A DNA stretch of 64,000 nucleotides from a virus (lineage: Duplodnaviria > Caudoviricetes), in the IMG/VR virus record IMGVR_UViG_3300031993_000004, positions 192,001 to 256,000 of that record; one strand, given 5' to 3'. The notes under the pieces were generated by a model. That model ran no database searches and was not told the origin of the DNA. It worked only from the letters and a program-made list of their open reading frames with translations. Shown in pieces: positions 20,701 through 28,989 of the stretch (its first letter is position 1; the number at the start of each line of letters is the position of its first letter). Both the position numbers and the translations under genes were made by a program.

Positions 20701-22433
20701 AACGTCGTACCAATATTACCAATCAACTCAGATTGTTTAATACGTTCACGACGTGCTTGTTTTAGCGCTTCTTCTGATGGACGTGTATTCAGATCAGTGA
20801 TATACTTTGGAACGTCTTTTCGCTTAATATCACCATCTTGAATCCGCTCTTCCCAAGTTCTGTCATCTTTACCTGATGAGGATTTGATATAGCCAGATAC
20901 AACGTTCTCAACCATCTCATCAGATACTTCACCGATGTCATATGTAATTGTCGCTTGCTCCGCATATCGTTTTGCGCGGTTATGCGTATTCAATGCAGCT
21001 TGACGTACAACTCGGGCAAACGCATCACGTGATGGTTTATCAGAAATCAATCGAGACGTTATCAATTGAATGATACGTGTCCAATATGAACGACTCTTCT
21101 TCTGAGAATCATTCATTGTCAACATGTCAATCGCACGTTCGTTAACTTCTGGATCACCACCATTTTCGAATTCAGAGCCTTGTGTTGCATGACCGGTTAC
21201 TCGCATCTCATTGAAAACATACATCGATACGAGAACGCGTTGGGCCATGAATACATCATTCCGATTGATATCAGAATCCGCAGACTCCATCATTTGCTTG
21301 AATCGTTTATGACTGAATCCGCTTTGAATAGTAGAACGGAATGTTCCTTGGAATTCCTGTGGACGTTCCGTCGTAAGACTTCCTTCGGAAGACACGAACA
21401 GGTTCTCACCAGTCAATGCTGCTGTGATACGTCTCAAGTATCCAGGGATGACATCGATAATGGTTTTCCGAGTCATATTATCGAATACAGCTTTGTCACG
21501 GTTGTATTGGTTGTCGATATATGACGAGTAATCTTTGTTCTTTTCACGCGCAGTCAAATCGCCGAACAAATTTTTGAACTTATCCCAGTTCAACAGCTTT
21601 GACAGCAATGTATTCTGCGCGTTATTGACTCTTTCATCAATACTATCTTTGATTTCATTGATGGATTGATTGTCAAGAATCTTGAAATTTTTGTCGTTGA
21701 TCAATCCCATGCCCATACCGAACAATGTTCCAAATGCTTCTGCATGGCTTCCTGCAGTCTGGAACATTGTTGGAACGAATCCTGCAACCATTTTTGCAGA
21801 ATCAACTAATGATGCATAAGGATTGTTCTCTACCAGATAATCAAACGTATTTCCAAGTGTCAAGTTACCGCTGTAATCAAACAGACTCCTCTGACGAGCA
21901 CGTTTGGTTTCCTTGACAGATCCGAGTTCGATAATCTTATCGAGCTTCGAGGAAATCAGTTGCAAAGATGAATTGATATTGCCAAGTGAAGAAAGGATTT
22001 CCGAGGTACGGGTGTTCATCGTGGTGATGATTTCAGACGCAGTCATTGCAGACGCTTCTGTTTGCTTACCCGCAATATTATACAATGAGCTGACGTGTCC
22101 CTTTGTGATATCCTTCATGCTATCATAATCGAGAACACGTGACGCAGGTTCGCCGTCATCGTCGCCGCCGAATTTGAAACCGGCATCAAAATCGTCGTCA
22201 TCATTTTCGAACGATGATCCCTCACCAACTTCTGTACCACGACGGAAGAACCAGTCTGTCACTTTCTTGATACCACCGGAGTTTCGCATCTCACGATACT
22301 TATCTTGAGCAGTACGCGCGCCGCCCATAATCGCATCACGTATGCTATCAGCATCCGATTTCAAATCAGTCAGAGAGTCGGGAGCTGCAGCTGAAATGAA
22401 TCCTTTTGTGAAATCTTTAAACCCATTTGCCAT
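14778..22433 (-). CDS. Giant tail-associated (tape-measure-like) protein with C39-like peptidase, M23 peptidase and phage-tail-lysozyme-like domains
   Basis: 2551 aa; GCGPIALA...NHFM...VSNP (C39-like); HTGTDF...HM...GNTGNSTGPHLHY (M23); GLT..VA.I...IWE...GIMNW...VEEQLQYI (lysozyme-like). Confidence 0.8.
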   Translation of the reverse strand: MANGFKDFTKGFISAAAPDSLTDLKSDADSIRDAIMGGARTAQDKYREMRNSGGIKKVTDWFFRRGTEVGEGSSFENDDDDFDAGFKFGGDDDGEPASRVLDYDSMKDITKGHVSSLYNIAGKQTEASAMTASEIITTMNTRTSEILSSLGNINSSLQLISSKLDKIIELGSVKETKRARQRSLFDYSGNLTLGNTFDYLVENNPYASLVDSAKMVAGFVPTMFQTAGSHAEAFGTLFGMGMGLINDKNFKILDNQSINEIKDSIDERVNNAQNTLLSKLLNWDKFKNLFGDLTAREKNKDYSSYIDNQYNRDKAVFDNMTRKTIIDVIPGYLRRITAALTGENLFVSSEGSLTTERPQEFQGTFRSTIQSGFSHKRFKQMMESADSDINRNDVFMAQRVLVSMYVFNEMRVTGHATQGSEFENGGDPEVNERAIDMLTMNDSQKKSRSYWTRIIQLITSRLISDKPSRDAFARVVRQAALNTHNRAKRYAEQATITYDIGEVSDEMVENVVSGYIKSSSGKDDRTWEERIQDGDIKRKDVPKYITDLNTRPSEEALKQARRERIKQSELIGNIGTTFRDVTASSIDYLASIFAILNRGINVWANPRKTRYPKMKLRHVQQTQIPLISDNGVLSLPGPKPADTSEQEDNDDQQPPPPTPTQQPGGQTQEQSGQQPTISPLHNTMESIRDIVLEPIRQMKENISTDMASLKASTVDTALIEYNKTLAGRELANLGESEDDKNDKAISEAVLAAMNASVQDGDTKEDVGPLMEQISQIKNPKLKSRLAKVVEGTLQRAETKKPAQSSLGKILTWALGLAKTFILPKLQSAKTFLTTLGQKLFAPIIESFKQSGQRITGGARAIKEGIFGSDESLGLVGRWKEARNLKQLTSQLVEINEVPIAATKPIEVPKTDVSMASLVALDDNRNQSKVDMSVLSDIGEGKDFSRPSTADPELKAQLTKISEDVAEQKEETKKGNAITRAMDNFVERFKQTDFGKGFMSAFEKKKSNKEMKAETLSDQMTKSIADILKSKDGTGSVFGTIITKLTGIGDVVKEGINKLTGKSETAGGSAASGTAASTTTDATTGGNGLEEINENVGKQRQVDPSSMLSEINQQPTTQSTAKKGIGFDIGKILGGMTSILGGLLQAVLTVIMSMKAVKAIMSLGMKVLKTALQPLNKAFQSLYKAIKPVMKTIQNVLRQIVGYVVEIVESVIKFIQPLLEAIGPLLEQMLDILKPILDMLTDLINVLIVPLTAILQTVVVPILQGVGYSLQQITGLIQVGFGAILTVLGNTLVGIGAIAKLFGAPGLSSTGKKIAESGKELMTAGAGNVKAGLAGSLSLLKSTASNILGISDKEESTEEERTTSYREGVVETLNGSPMDGIIYGNGDVLSMYGGAGANQNRFGNYMNMGSRGCGPIALADAYARRSGNSVNARGLTTAMASSGAYSPNLGTSVSGFMSTAGSMGMNLRAGGVTPASLKYASPHNPITIIGSGTDFTTRKGNNHFMNVIGSSGGTAFVSNPMNGRIERRSISSLAANSVAGLYGSGDVPAGGYNIYGSGDAGFQFSDEVQDKLSTLKDLVSGIIGMFTGDDSVEAKLKEEKDKLSYQKTMNDLGDMTEEERTSFIQKAFDLFKKENPRFEKETDAEYEKRFKEAKTYQRYLTQAGMQQLEEAAKKQAGTDEGTVRHYIDTNLGTYNPETGKYENGMLDDLISSMETYDDAVQQGSFFSKLQDMVGDYWDSDEDAGFYSDNGARLYTDEYTPSVFDTSDAVHWKNSAGYWPNIPMLEWLKNTMPGMSGMSSAYQKYGTTGANEEVIGLDGSSHTGTDFHGPEGTPIRATTDGVVIYSGPYGSGGNAVRIQDVGGDIHSYFHMVEPSSLQVGDEVSGGDVIGHVGNTGNSTGPHLHYQIETSDGSMLYNPHTFFKWHEGRSGAPYGPIDFSGQLEDGNVWDLHKNKTGVSKFMQTAFSAGLTGPEVATITSTGIWEDAGEKLWGSKSLTNTTYDYNGQQAVGIMNWMDKNVDYGDTVEEQLQYIQRTYFDGDSKDFRAQVRHTDYDSADLEAYNAATGRSGWELTWGDLYGPYMNEQDLIEGSEHFFRGALVPACIHTIEGPRKYIGTAVGVYNWLLDEGYINDSGDASNISYNGGTSISPSSLTEQVGFSNTAAASSAQYNATVQEDKTDGVPAKYDQKSTGLTGTAWNAAGQKLFEYYVPVPNNAMANKNWIDKHTYTKHIANFRNGKFVEIYVDSKSYPATTAGKNAKALIEKYDNDDKVPAKQTVSQSTFTYMEGIPSGGISTDDLRKVWRSIFSSYSSSYANKMSRTDLINDFNGYGGYAATASHNTHRVIYDTTDGNLYYKNYKNAGKIYVKNGQIHWPDIAPAQVNDGTNVINSANNQGTTTTTTVSQVSKDRAQVEAAIAWANAQAEKVNNDWVWSSPLLNGGGDTITTIPTGFNTTLNKLLDTGESGDQTAAPVVVNNYAVDTNTEDVINALMSNTYNIRSEEIESLLAGMLKLMNERKKRGQTATTKSRTSKQSRNDAAFPDQGIPRQIERLSVG

Positions 22434-22476
22434 ATATCAATTTCACCCCTTTCAATATATGATAATACCAAAAGAT

Positions 22477-22502
22477 ATGTGTGGGCCCAAGAGCCCACAC
22501 AT
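22477..22502 (-). terminator. Terminator hairpin
   Basis: ATGTGTGGGC-ccaaga-GCCCACACAT. Confidence 0.65.
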
Positions 22503-22524
22503 CATCTCTTAGTTTGTTTTCGAA

Positions 22525-23286
22525 TCAGAAGAATGTGATCAGGTCAATGTCATCGAAATGAAATGTTCCTGTCCACTCTTTTACCAGAGCTTTTCGTTCT
22601 TCCTCAGCTCCAGACCAAGATGAGATATCCAGTTGGCTATCTTTGAATGCACCACCTGTATGGATCATGTTCTTCAGTTTGTTGTAAAGTGTACGTTGCA
22701 CATCCAACGTTGCAAGTTGAATAAACGATTCACGACAAGATTCCGGAATGGTTTCCAGAGAAGGATCATGATCACACTTTGCAATGAAGTGCACGAAACC
22801 ATCATCAGGATGATCATACAATTTGATCTTGTTGAATCCCAACCACTCAGAAGTTTGAGGGCGAGATGTGACACCTGCGTATTTATTAATCGCAGCGCCA
22901 GTCATGGTTGCGTTCAGAATATCCTGCGGATAATATGAACCGAAACCAACGAATGGTGAACCAACTGTGAACGAATTCGCAGCAACTGCTTGTCCGCCAT
23001 CTAATTGAGCTGTTGTAAGATATGCATCAGCCCAACTGACATGAGTACGGGTCAAATCAGGAGGCAGAATATAGATGCCTTGCTTTCTGGCAAATTCACT
23101 TGGTGATTGCAGATCCTTGATCGCTGCATCGGATTCACGGATCCACGGTTTGAATTGTGAGAAGGTGTGGACAGATGTTTTGATAATTTCCGCCAACACC
23201 ACCTCAGTGGGTTTATCAAATGGCAATGCGATTGTTTCCAATCCACATGGTTCTTTGATATCTTGAATGACTTCGGAAATATTCAA
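22525..23286 (-). CDS. Virion structural protein, possibly head completion/neck
   Basis: 253 aa, TTG start with AGGAGG RBS; lies in the structural cluster; function inferred from context only. Confidence 0.5.
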   Translation of the reverse strand: MNISEVIQDIKEPCGLETIALPFDKPTEVVLAEIIKTSVHTFSQFKPWIRESDAAIKDLQSPSEFARKQGIYILPPDLTRTHVSWADAYLTTAQLDGGQAVAANSFTVGSPFVGFGSYYPQDILNATMTGAAINKYAGVTSRPQTSEWLGFNKIKLYDHPDDGFVHFIAKCDHDPSLETIPESCRESFIQLATLDVQRTLYNKLKNMIHTGGAFKDSQLDISSWSGAEEERKALVKEWTGTFHFDDIDLITFF

Positions 23287-23306
23287 GCCTCACACCTCCT
23301 CATTCG

Positions 23307-23489
23307 TCAATCGATACCGGGACGTGCAAGAATGCTTCCGATTGTTGGTGGCGGTGGATTGTTTTCCTGTACGGTATTTACACCGCCATCGTTTGAGCAC
23401 GACGAACACCACTGATCAAACAGGGTGTTCGTCGTTTCAGCAAACGTTTTGCATGCATTGCATGCTTCTTGATTGAACAATGTGTCCAT
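23307..23489 (-). CDS. Small Cys-containing protein with xQE motifs
   Basis: 60 aa, closely follows the upstream stop; FNQE|A, TVQE|N; CxxC and CxxC. Confidence 0.5.
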   Translation of the reverse strand: MDTLFNQEACNACKTFAETTNTLFDQWCSSCSNDGGVNTVQENNPPPPTIGSILARPGID

Positions 23490-23491
23490 GA

Positions 23492-24466
23492 TCAGAAGGT
23501 GGTCTTCTTACCGTACTCGCGGGCCACCTCATCCTCGGTACCCTTGTGACGGTCAATCTTAGCGGGCTTTTCGCCCTCGACACCCTTCAGGTCCTTCTTG
23601 ACAGCGATATACGCATCAAGGACCTTCTGAGTACCGTTGGAGACCAGCTTCAGAACTTCGCCGACTTTCTGAGAAGCACTCTTCAGCTTATCGACTTCAG
23701 CAGCGGTCAGTGCATAATTTGCATCGACGTTGCCTTCCTTGCGACGTGCAGCAAGCTTCTTTTCAAGAGCCTTTCTCTGCTGTTCGCATGCCTTAGCCAG
23801 CTTCTTCAGTGACTTAATGCACGCGCCAGCGCCCTCGAACGGCGTTTCAGAAGTTCTCTTCCGCTTGCATTCCTTCAGCATTCTGTCGAACATGTTGTTC
23901 CACTTATCCGGTGTGAACTGCTCGCCAACGATATCATACGAATTGATGATGGTATCAATTTCATCGTATGCAATTGTCGGCCACTGGACAAGCTGCCACG
24001 GCTCGCCAACAGCGGCAAACGTGCAACCATGCTGCTTCAGAACAGCGATGGTCTTCGTATTCTCCTTGGAAACAGTCATGTTCTTGATGACGAGAGAACC
24101 GATCTTACGCTGGAGGAAGTTTGCGATCGAAGACAGGAAGCCCTTGATTGCGTCGAGCAGCTTCAGAGGAAGATCCTTAGCCTTCTCGAGAATCGTGGAG
24201 AACTTACCACCCTTCTTCGCAGCCGCGCCATCACCAGCATCAGCCGCAGGAGCTTCTTCAGCAGACGCTTCGGCCTTTTCCTTCTTTGCCTCCTGGATGA
24301 CAATGCCGTCGAACTCGAGCTCATTCTTGGACTCGGTCATGATCTGGACAGACTTGACGTAGGTATCAGCCAGTGCACAGAGCACATCACACTCTGCAAA
24401 CAGCTGGGAAGTCTCGAGCTGATCGAGAGAATCGAGCACAGCTTCCTGAACCATTTCATTAGTCAT
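23492..24466 (-). CDS. Putative abundant inner-head protein (propeptide paralog family)
   Basis: Strongly biased codons; N-terminal leader ending in VIQE|A shared with 36563..37864 and 44429..45274. Confidence 0.65.
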   Translation of the reverse strand: MTNEMVQEAVLDSLDQLETSQLFAECDVLCALADTYVKSVQIMTESKNELEFDGIVIQEAKKEKAEASAEEAPAADAGDGAAAKKGGKFSTILEKAKDLPLKLLDAIKGFLSSIANFLQRKIGSLVIKNMTVSKENTKTIAVLKQHGCTFAAVGEPWQLVQWPTIAYDEIDTIINSYDIVGEQFTPDKWNNMFDRMLKECKRKRTSETPFEGAGACIKSLKKLAKACEQQRKALEKKLAARRKEGNVDANYALTAAEVDKLKSASQKVGEVLKLVSNGTQKVLDAYIAVKKDLKGVEGEKPAKIDRHKGTEDEVAREYGKKTTF

Positions 24467-24471
24467 GATAA

Positions 24472-25068
24472 TTACACTCCTTCGTTAGAATTTTTGTATT
24501 GATCGAGTCGATGCATCACCGGGGTGTTGGTATCCCAGAAATGAACCCGATCTTTGACAGGTGCGCATTTCGGATTGACCCTCGAAGTCTTCGTGGCCAA
24601 CCAGAGATACAATGACATATCGTCATGATAGACTTTCGCCAGCTTGTTGAACTGGTTGCGAGTCATCGTGGCAAGAGCGGTGGAATCGACGCCGGGATGT
24701 TTCTCCAACATAGATTCCATAACCACTTTAAGTCGTTGTGTCCCTTCAATGAATGATTCATTGATTGACGTCATATCAGCCAGAGTGATCTGATGACGAT
24801 AGGGATCATTGACTCCAGTGTTTGCGAACATTGTATCATAGTACTTCTTGGTGGCGGTAATGAGTTTGCCATCGTATTTGTCAGTACCTTCATCTTTATA
24901 GGAAGCGAATCCTTCCAGGAATGCGCACATCTCCTGAAGGATTTTCCCATAATTCATTGATGTGTACATCACATCATCATCCGGACGAATGAATCTTGAA
25001 TTCGTTTTGGCAACGTCTTCAAACATCGTCCGGTACTCACAGACAATTTGTTCAATTTCTTTTGCCAT
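24472..25068 (-). CDS. Hypothetical (probable virion) protein
   Basis: 198-aa ORF in an operon. Confidence 0.65.
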   Translation of the reverse strand: MAKEIEQIVCEYRTMFEDVAKTNSRFIRPDDDVMYTSMNYGKILQEMCAFLEGFASYKDEGTDKYDGKLITATKKYYDTMFANTGVNDPYRHQITLADMTSINESFIEGTQRLKVVMESMLEKHPGVDSTALATMTRNQFNKLAKVYHDDMSLYLWLATKTSRVNPKCAPVKDRVHFWDTNTPVMHRLDQYKNSNEGV

Positions 25069-25069
25069 A

Positions 25070-26050
25070 TCAGATCATTCCTTCCGGGAGTGTGACATTC
25101 CGCTTCCAAATGCCTTGCGAACGATTAATCGGTTTGACTTTCAAAATCTGACTCAGAAGCTTATTCAGATCTGTTTGCATCTGCGTAAGATACTGCTTCG
25201 AATGCGGAACGACGTAACGATCATCATTCATATCGAGGCAAGTCAGATAGAAGTCAACCAACTCAATCTTGGAGCAGGTATAACCAGCAAGCATCGCTTG
25301 GTCATTGGAATCCTGAATGGCGTTGAGCTCGACAGTGATATATGCGACAACATCACGCGGAATCGGCTTCAACTTCTTTGGACGACGAGCGAAAAACGCT
25401 TCTTGTTCGACGTGTTCTTCGGGATTGAAATCATCATCTTCGAAATCATCATCGTCGACTGGGGACTGATCTTCCAGATTCTTGATATCGTTGACCTCAT
25501 GTTTGGTTTCACGAATATCATCCTTCAGATCTGTAGGCAACGATGTATGATCTCTTGTGTCAAGATAATGATCAGTCAACTTCTCGACTTCAGCATCAGG
25601 TTCCTTCAACTGCGTCATGAAGTTGTTACCGTTCTGAACACCGAGATCGATCTCCAATGTTCCATCGTCAGACATTTTACCCATGACACCAGTCAGGATA
25701 ATCTTCAGATGTTTTGGAGTATCGATACCACAACGCGTCATCGCATTGCATGGAAGATTCTGCATCATCACGCCAGTTGCATGATTATCCAGCTCTTCAG
25801 CATCATCAAAGATTGTACCCTTTGCAATTGCATCAGCAACCGATTCGAGTTGAATTTCGGTTACATCATTTGGATACAGCAGATGAATATGGTCCTCTGT
25901 TGTATATGCACGAATTGTCGTTCCTTTATAAGAATCAACAATCACTCGACGTTTCCGGTTCGGATGTTTGATCTTGGCATACTCTGTAATGGCTTTAAAC
26001 TTTCCATTTTCCAGGAATGCTTTAACCATATCGGATCCAAAACCATTCAT
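25070..26050 (-). CDS. Probable virion/head protein
   Basis: AAGGTGGT RBS before ATG 26050; acidic tract followed by VEQE|A. Confidence 0.65.
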   Translation of the reverse strand: MNGFGSDMVKAFLENGKFKAITEYAKIKHPNRKRRVIVDSYKGTTIRAYTTEDHIHLLYPNDVTEIQLESVADAIAKGTIFDDAEELDNHATGVMMQNLPCNAMTRCGIDTPKHLKIILTGVMGKMSDDGTLEIDLGVQNGNNFMTQLKEPDAEVEKLTDHYLDTRDHTSLPTDLKDDIRETKHEVNDIKNLEDQSPVDDDDFEDDDFNPEEHVEQEAFFARRPKKLKPIPRDVVAYITVELNAIQDSNDQAMLAGYTCSKIELVDFYLTCLDMNDDRYVVPHSKQYLTQMQTDLNKLLSQILKVKPINRSQGIWKRNVTLPEGMI

Positions 26051-26096
26051 TAGCAAATCACACCACCTTTCTATATTATTTTTGGAGGTAATCAAT

Positions 26097-26606
26097 ATGA
26101 GTATTCATATCGACTTGTTCACCGCGTATGTGTTCATCGGAATCATCGGATTCATTTCAATCGTATTCGGTACAACAATGATCATCGTGTGCCGTAGACT
26201 GAAGAAGATTCGACATCAATTGGAAGACACCAATCGCTTGTTGTATTTCAATTTAAAGTCAAATATGGAAATCCGTGCTCAGACAAATGAATGTCAAGAG
26301 ACTCTCACTGAAATGCAGTCGAATGTATCAGACTTAGCATCCGGATTGCAGATGAAGCTTCACAGAGAAGCCGAAGCTGCAAAGAAAAAGCATTTCCCAA
26401 AACCAGATGAAGTCGATTCAATCGTATCAACAATCAAAGATTTGATTGAGATAGAGTTTATCAAGCGACATAATCAGCGAAGTCCATTGGGCGGTGCACT
26501 ACCTGACGTGGCCGAACGTGTAATTGCAACCTATCCTGATATATCTATCGATTATATCAATGACAAATGTATTGTCGTTATGGAAGAATTCAACGGCGGA
26601 ATATAA
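26097..26606 (+). CDS. Single-pass membrane protein with coiled coil
   Basis: GGAGGT RBS before ATG 26097; N-terminal hydrophobic helix LFTAYVFIGIIGFISIVFGTTMIIV. Confidence 0.7.
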   Translation: MSIHIDLFTAYVFIGIIGFISIVFGTTMIIVCRRLKKIRHQLEDTNRLLYFNLKSNMEIRAQTNECQETLTEMQSNVSDLASGLQMKLHREAEAAKKKHFPKPDEVDSIVSTIKDLIEIEFIKRHNQRSPLGGALPDVAERVIATYPDISIDYINDKCIVVMEEFNGGI

Positions 26607-26608
26607 TG

Positions 26609-26639
26609 AATGATGGCGGGGGATATCCCCCGCCATCAT
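26609..26639. terminator. Bidirectional terminator
   Basis: ATGATGGCGGGGG-atat-CCCCCGCCATCAT between convergent genes. Confidence 0.85.
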
Positions 26640-26666
26640 CATGTCAGGCGTTTTGGTTATGCAGCA

Positions 26667-28928
26667 TTAAGCGTTCTTGGTGTAGTAGGTGTTAGCAGCC
26701 CATGCAGGAGCGACACCAACAACCGCAGTACGCTCACCTTCCTCAGTCGTTGCGACATAGTAGGTGCTGTATGTGGTAGCCCAGTCAGCCGGCTCGGTCT
26801 GGATTGCAGAACCACCAGTTGCAGCGGTGAAGTAGAACTTCGTGGTGTCGAACTCAGGAGCAACTGCAGTCACAGCCTCCATTGCAGTACCAGCCGCGTT
26901 CAGCTTCCAGTAGCTGGTGTAGGTGGTAGCCCAGTTTGCAGGCTCAGAAGTGGTCACAGTGTAACCCTCGGTCGGATCAACCGGAGGAGTCGGAGAACCG
27001 CCAGAGATCAGACCAGCGTTGGAATCCGGAACAAGAACGGTGTTCTTGCAGATCAGGCGAGCCTGGATACCCTGGATTGCGATGGTGCGATACTGGCTGG
27101 AAGTGGTAACCAGAACAGCTGCGCCACCAGGATTCTGAGCATCTGCATACGCTGCATTCTCCGGGCTGTTCGTCAGGTGACGAGCAAAGCGGAGGTGCTT
27201 GTAGGAGATGTGGAATTTATCCATCGGGTAGCCGACGATTTTGTAGAAATATTCACGGGAGACATCGCCTTCCTGTGCGCCGTCCTGATACGGTTCGATG
27301 TTGATGTAAGCATCGACACGGTTGGAAGCAACAACACGGATCGGAACATCGGTATCAGTCATGACACCGAACGCGTGGTTCATCATGACGCCGCCGATTT
27401 CAGTGGACTTCTGAACAGTCCATGTGACGAACTTCTGCAGCAGACGAGCAGCCTTCGGGTTCGCATAAACAACGAAGCCCAGGTTGTCGAGCTTGCCGCG
27501 ATCGCACAGCTCATAGATGAGGGATGCAATGCCGTTGTGGATGATGTTGGTTCTGTACTCGAACGGATCGCCAGCAAAGCTCGGAGAGATTGCGGTCGGA
27601 TCGAGGTCGACGTACTCAGTTGCGGTATAGGACTCGAGGCCCCAGATATCGGACTCAGCGCCGTCATACTTGTTGAACTCTTCATCCAGGAACTGCAGGA
27701 TGTACTCATCCTCGAACATTTCCTGAGCAGTGATCAGCTCCTGCACCAAACGGTTGTACAGATTGAAGTTCAGCGAAGAGTTAGCCTCGACGAAGTCTTC
27801 AACGGTGAACGGAAGCTGGAAGCGAACGCCATCAGCGATCTGGAACTTGCGGATTTCCGGATACTCGCGGAAACCGATGGTGCGCAGGTTGGTTTCGTTG
27901 GAAACGTGACCGCTCACATAGATACCAGTGATGGATCCGCAGGAAGTTGCAGTGATGGTACCCTTGATGAAGTCGATGACACCGGAGAGACGATCTGCGA
28001 CGCCAGTAACAACTTCACCGGTGGTCTTGCCGTTAGCATCAACAACAGCAAGCTTCATGTCCTCGGTGATACCACCATTGAGGAATACGCCGCCGGTCTG
28101 GATATCGATCTGAATACCGCCGTGAGGCAGGCGAACCTTCTTGCCATCGATCTGGACATACTGAATGCCGAAATCGTAGGACAGTCTGGTGCGGACGTTC
28201 GGGGTGACAGTGGTAGGATTGCCGTCATCGTCGAGCAGCCAGTTGAACAGGGAATACTTCTTATTCGTTGCAGCCTGGATAGTAGACAGCGGAAGAACGG
28301 TGTTCTCGTTCAACCGCAGGCCCTTACCAGCGTTCCACAGCTTTTTCCAGATCGGCTGACCATTCTCATCCTTCTGGAAGTAGATTGCCGGGGTCTCATA
28401 CTCTTCACCGGTCTGGTTGTTAACCAGATACTTGATGAAGATTCTCTGCTCGATATTGACCGAAGACGCGGTCTGGACCGGGATCAGGTCCTTACCGAGG
28501 AAGCGGATATACTGCTTAATGAGGGCCGGGAAATCCAGCGTGCTCAGCGGCAGATAGTTCGCGACGTTATAAGACTCCTGGACCATGAAGGACTTCACGG
28601 AAGTGTCCCATGCCTCTTCGAGCTGATCTGCGACAGACTCGAGGTGAATGCGCTCAGTTTTGTCCTCGGATGCGTTCCGAAGCTCATCGAGCAGCGGTTC
28701 GAGAAGCAGCGTCTTATACTCCATCATGACGTTCTTGTCACCCAACATCTTCTTGACGTCGGTCATGACATTGACGCCCATGCGATCCTGAATGACTCCA
28801 ACAGCGGTTTCAAGCTTGGAATCGAACGTGTCACGCATAGTCAACAGCTCAGAATCAGATGCGCTGTTTACGAGGCTCTGCTGTTCCTGGAACCAGTTGT
28901 GGGTACCAGCGTTTCTGCTGAATGCCAT
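26667..28928 (-). CDS. Major capsid protein precursor with C-terminal repeat extension
   Basis: About 753 aa; strongest codon bias in the window; AAGGAG RBS; N-terminal helical propeptide ending in MVQE|S; position downstream of the prohead protease gene. Confidence 0.75.
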   Translation of the reverse strand: MAFSRNAGTHNWFQEQQSLVNSASDSELLTMRDTFDSKLETAVGVIQDRMGVNVMTDVKKMLGDKNVMMEYKTLLLEPLLDELRNASEDKTERIHLESVADQLEEAWDTSVKSFMVQESYNVANYLPLSTLDFPALIKQYIRFLGKDLIPVQTASSVNIEQRIFIKYLVNNQTGEEYETPAIYFQKDENGQPIWKKLWNAGKGLRLNENTVLPLSTIQAATNKKYSLFNWLLDDDGNPTTVTPNVRTRLSYDFGIQYVQIDGKKVRLPHGGIQIDIQTGGVFLNGGITEDMKLAVVDANGKTTGEVVTGVADRLSGVIDFIKGTITATSCGSITGIYVSGHVSNETNLRTIGFREYPEIRKFQIADGVRFQLPFTVEDFVEANSSLNFNLYNRLVQELITAQEMFEDEYILQFLDEEFNKYDGAESDIWGLESYTATEYVDLDPTAISPSFAGDPFEYRTNIIHNGIASLIYELCDRGKLDNLGFVVYANPKAARLLQKFVTWTVQKSTEIGGVMMNHAFGVMTDTDVPIRVVASNRVDAYINIEPYQDGAQEGDVSREYFYKIVGYPMDKFHISYKHLRFARHLTNSPENAAYADAQNPGGAAVLVTTSSQYRTIAIQGIQARLICKNTVLVPDSNAGLISGGSPTPPVDPTEGYTVTTSEPANWATTYTSYWKLNAAGTAMEAVTAVAPEFDTTKFYFTAATGGSAIQTEPADWATTYSTYYVATTEEGERTAVVGVAPAWAANTYYTKNA

Positions 28929-28989
28929 TATAAACACTCCTTTTTTATTATTGAATTTGATGCGGATGCATCATGTTGTGTAAACCAAG

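Noticed and set aside
24962-26053. 363-aa plus-strand ORF and similar antisense ORFs (40347..41426, 32910..33656, 47866..48597)
   Set aside because: Each fully overlaps a better-supported opposite-strand gene that has an RBS and coherent features
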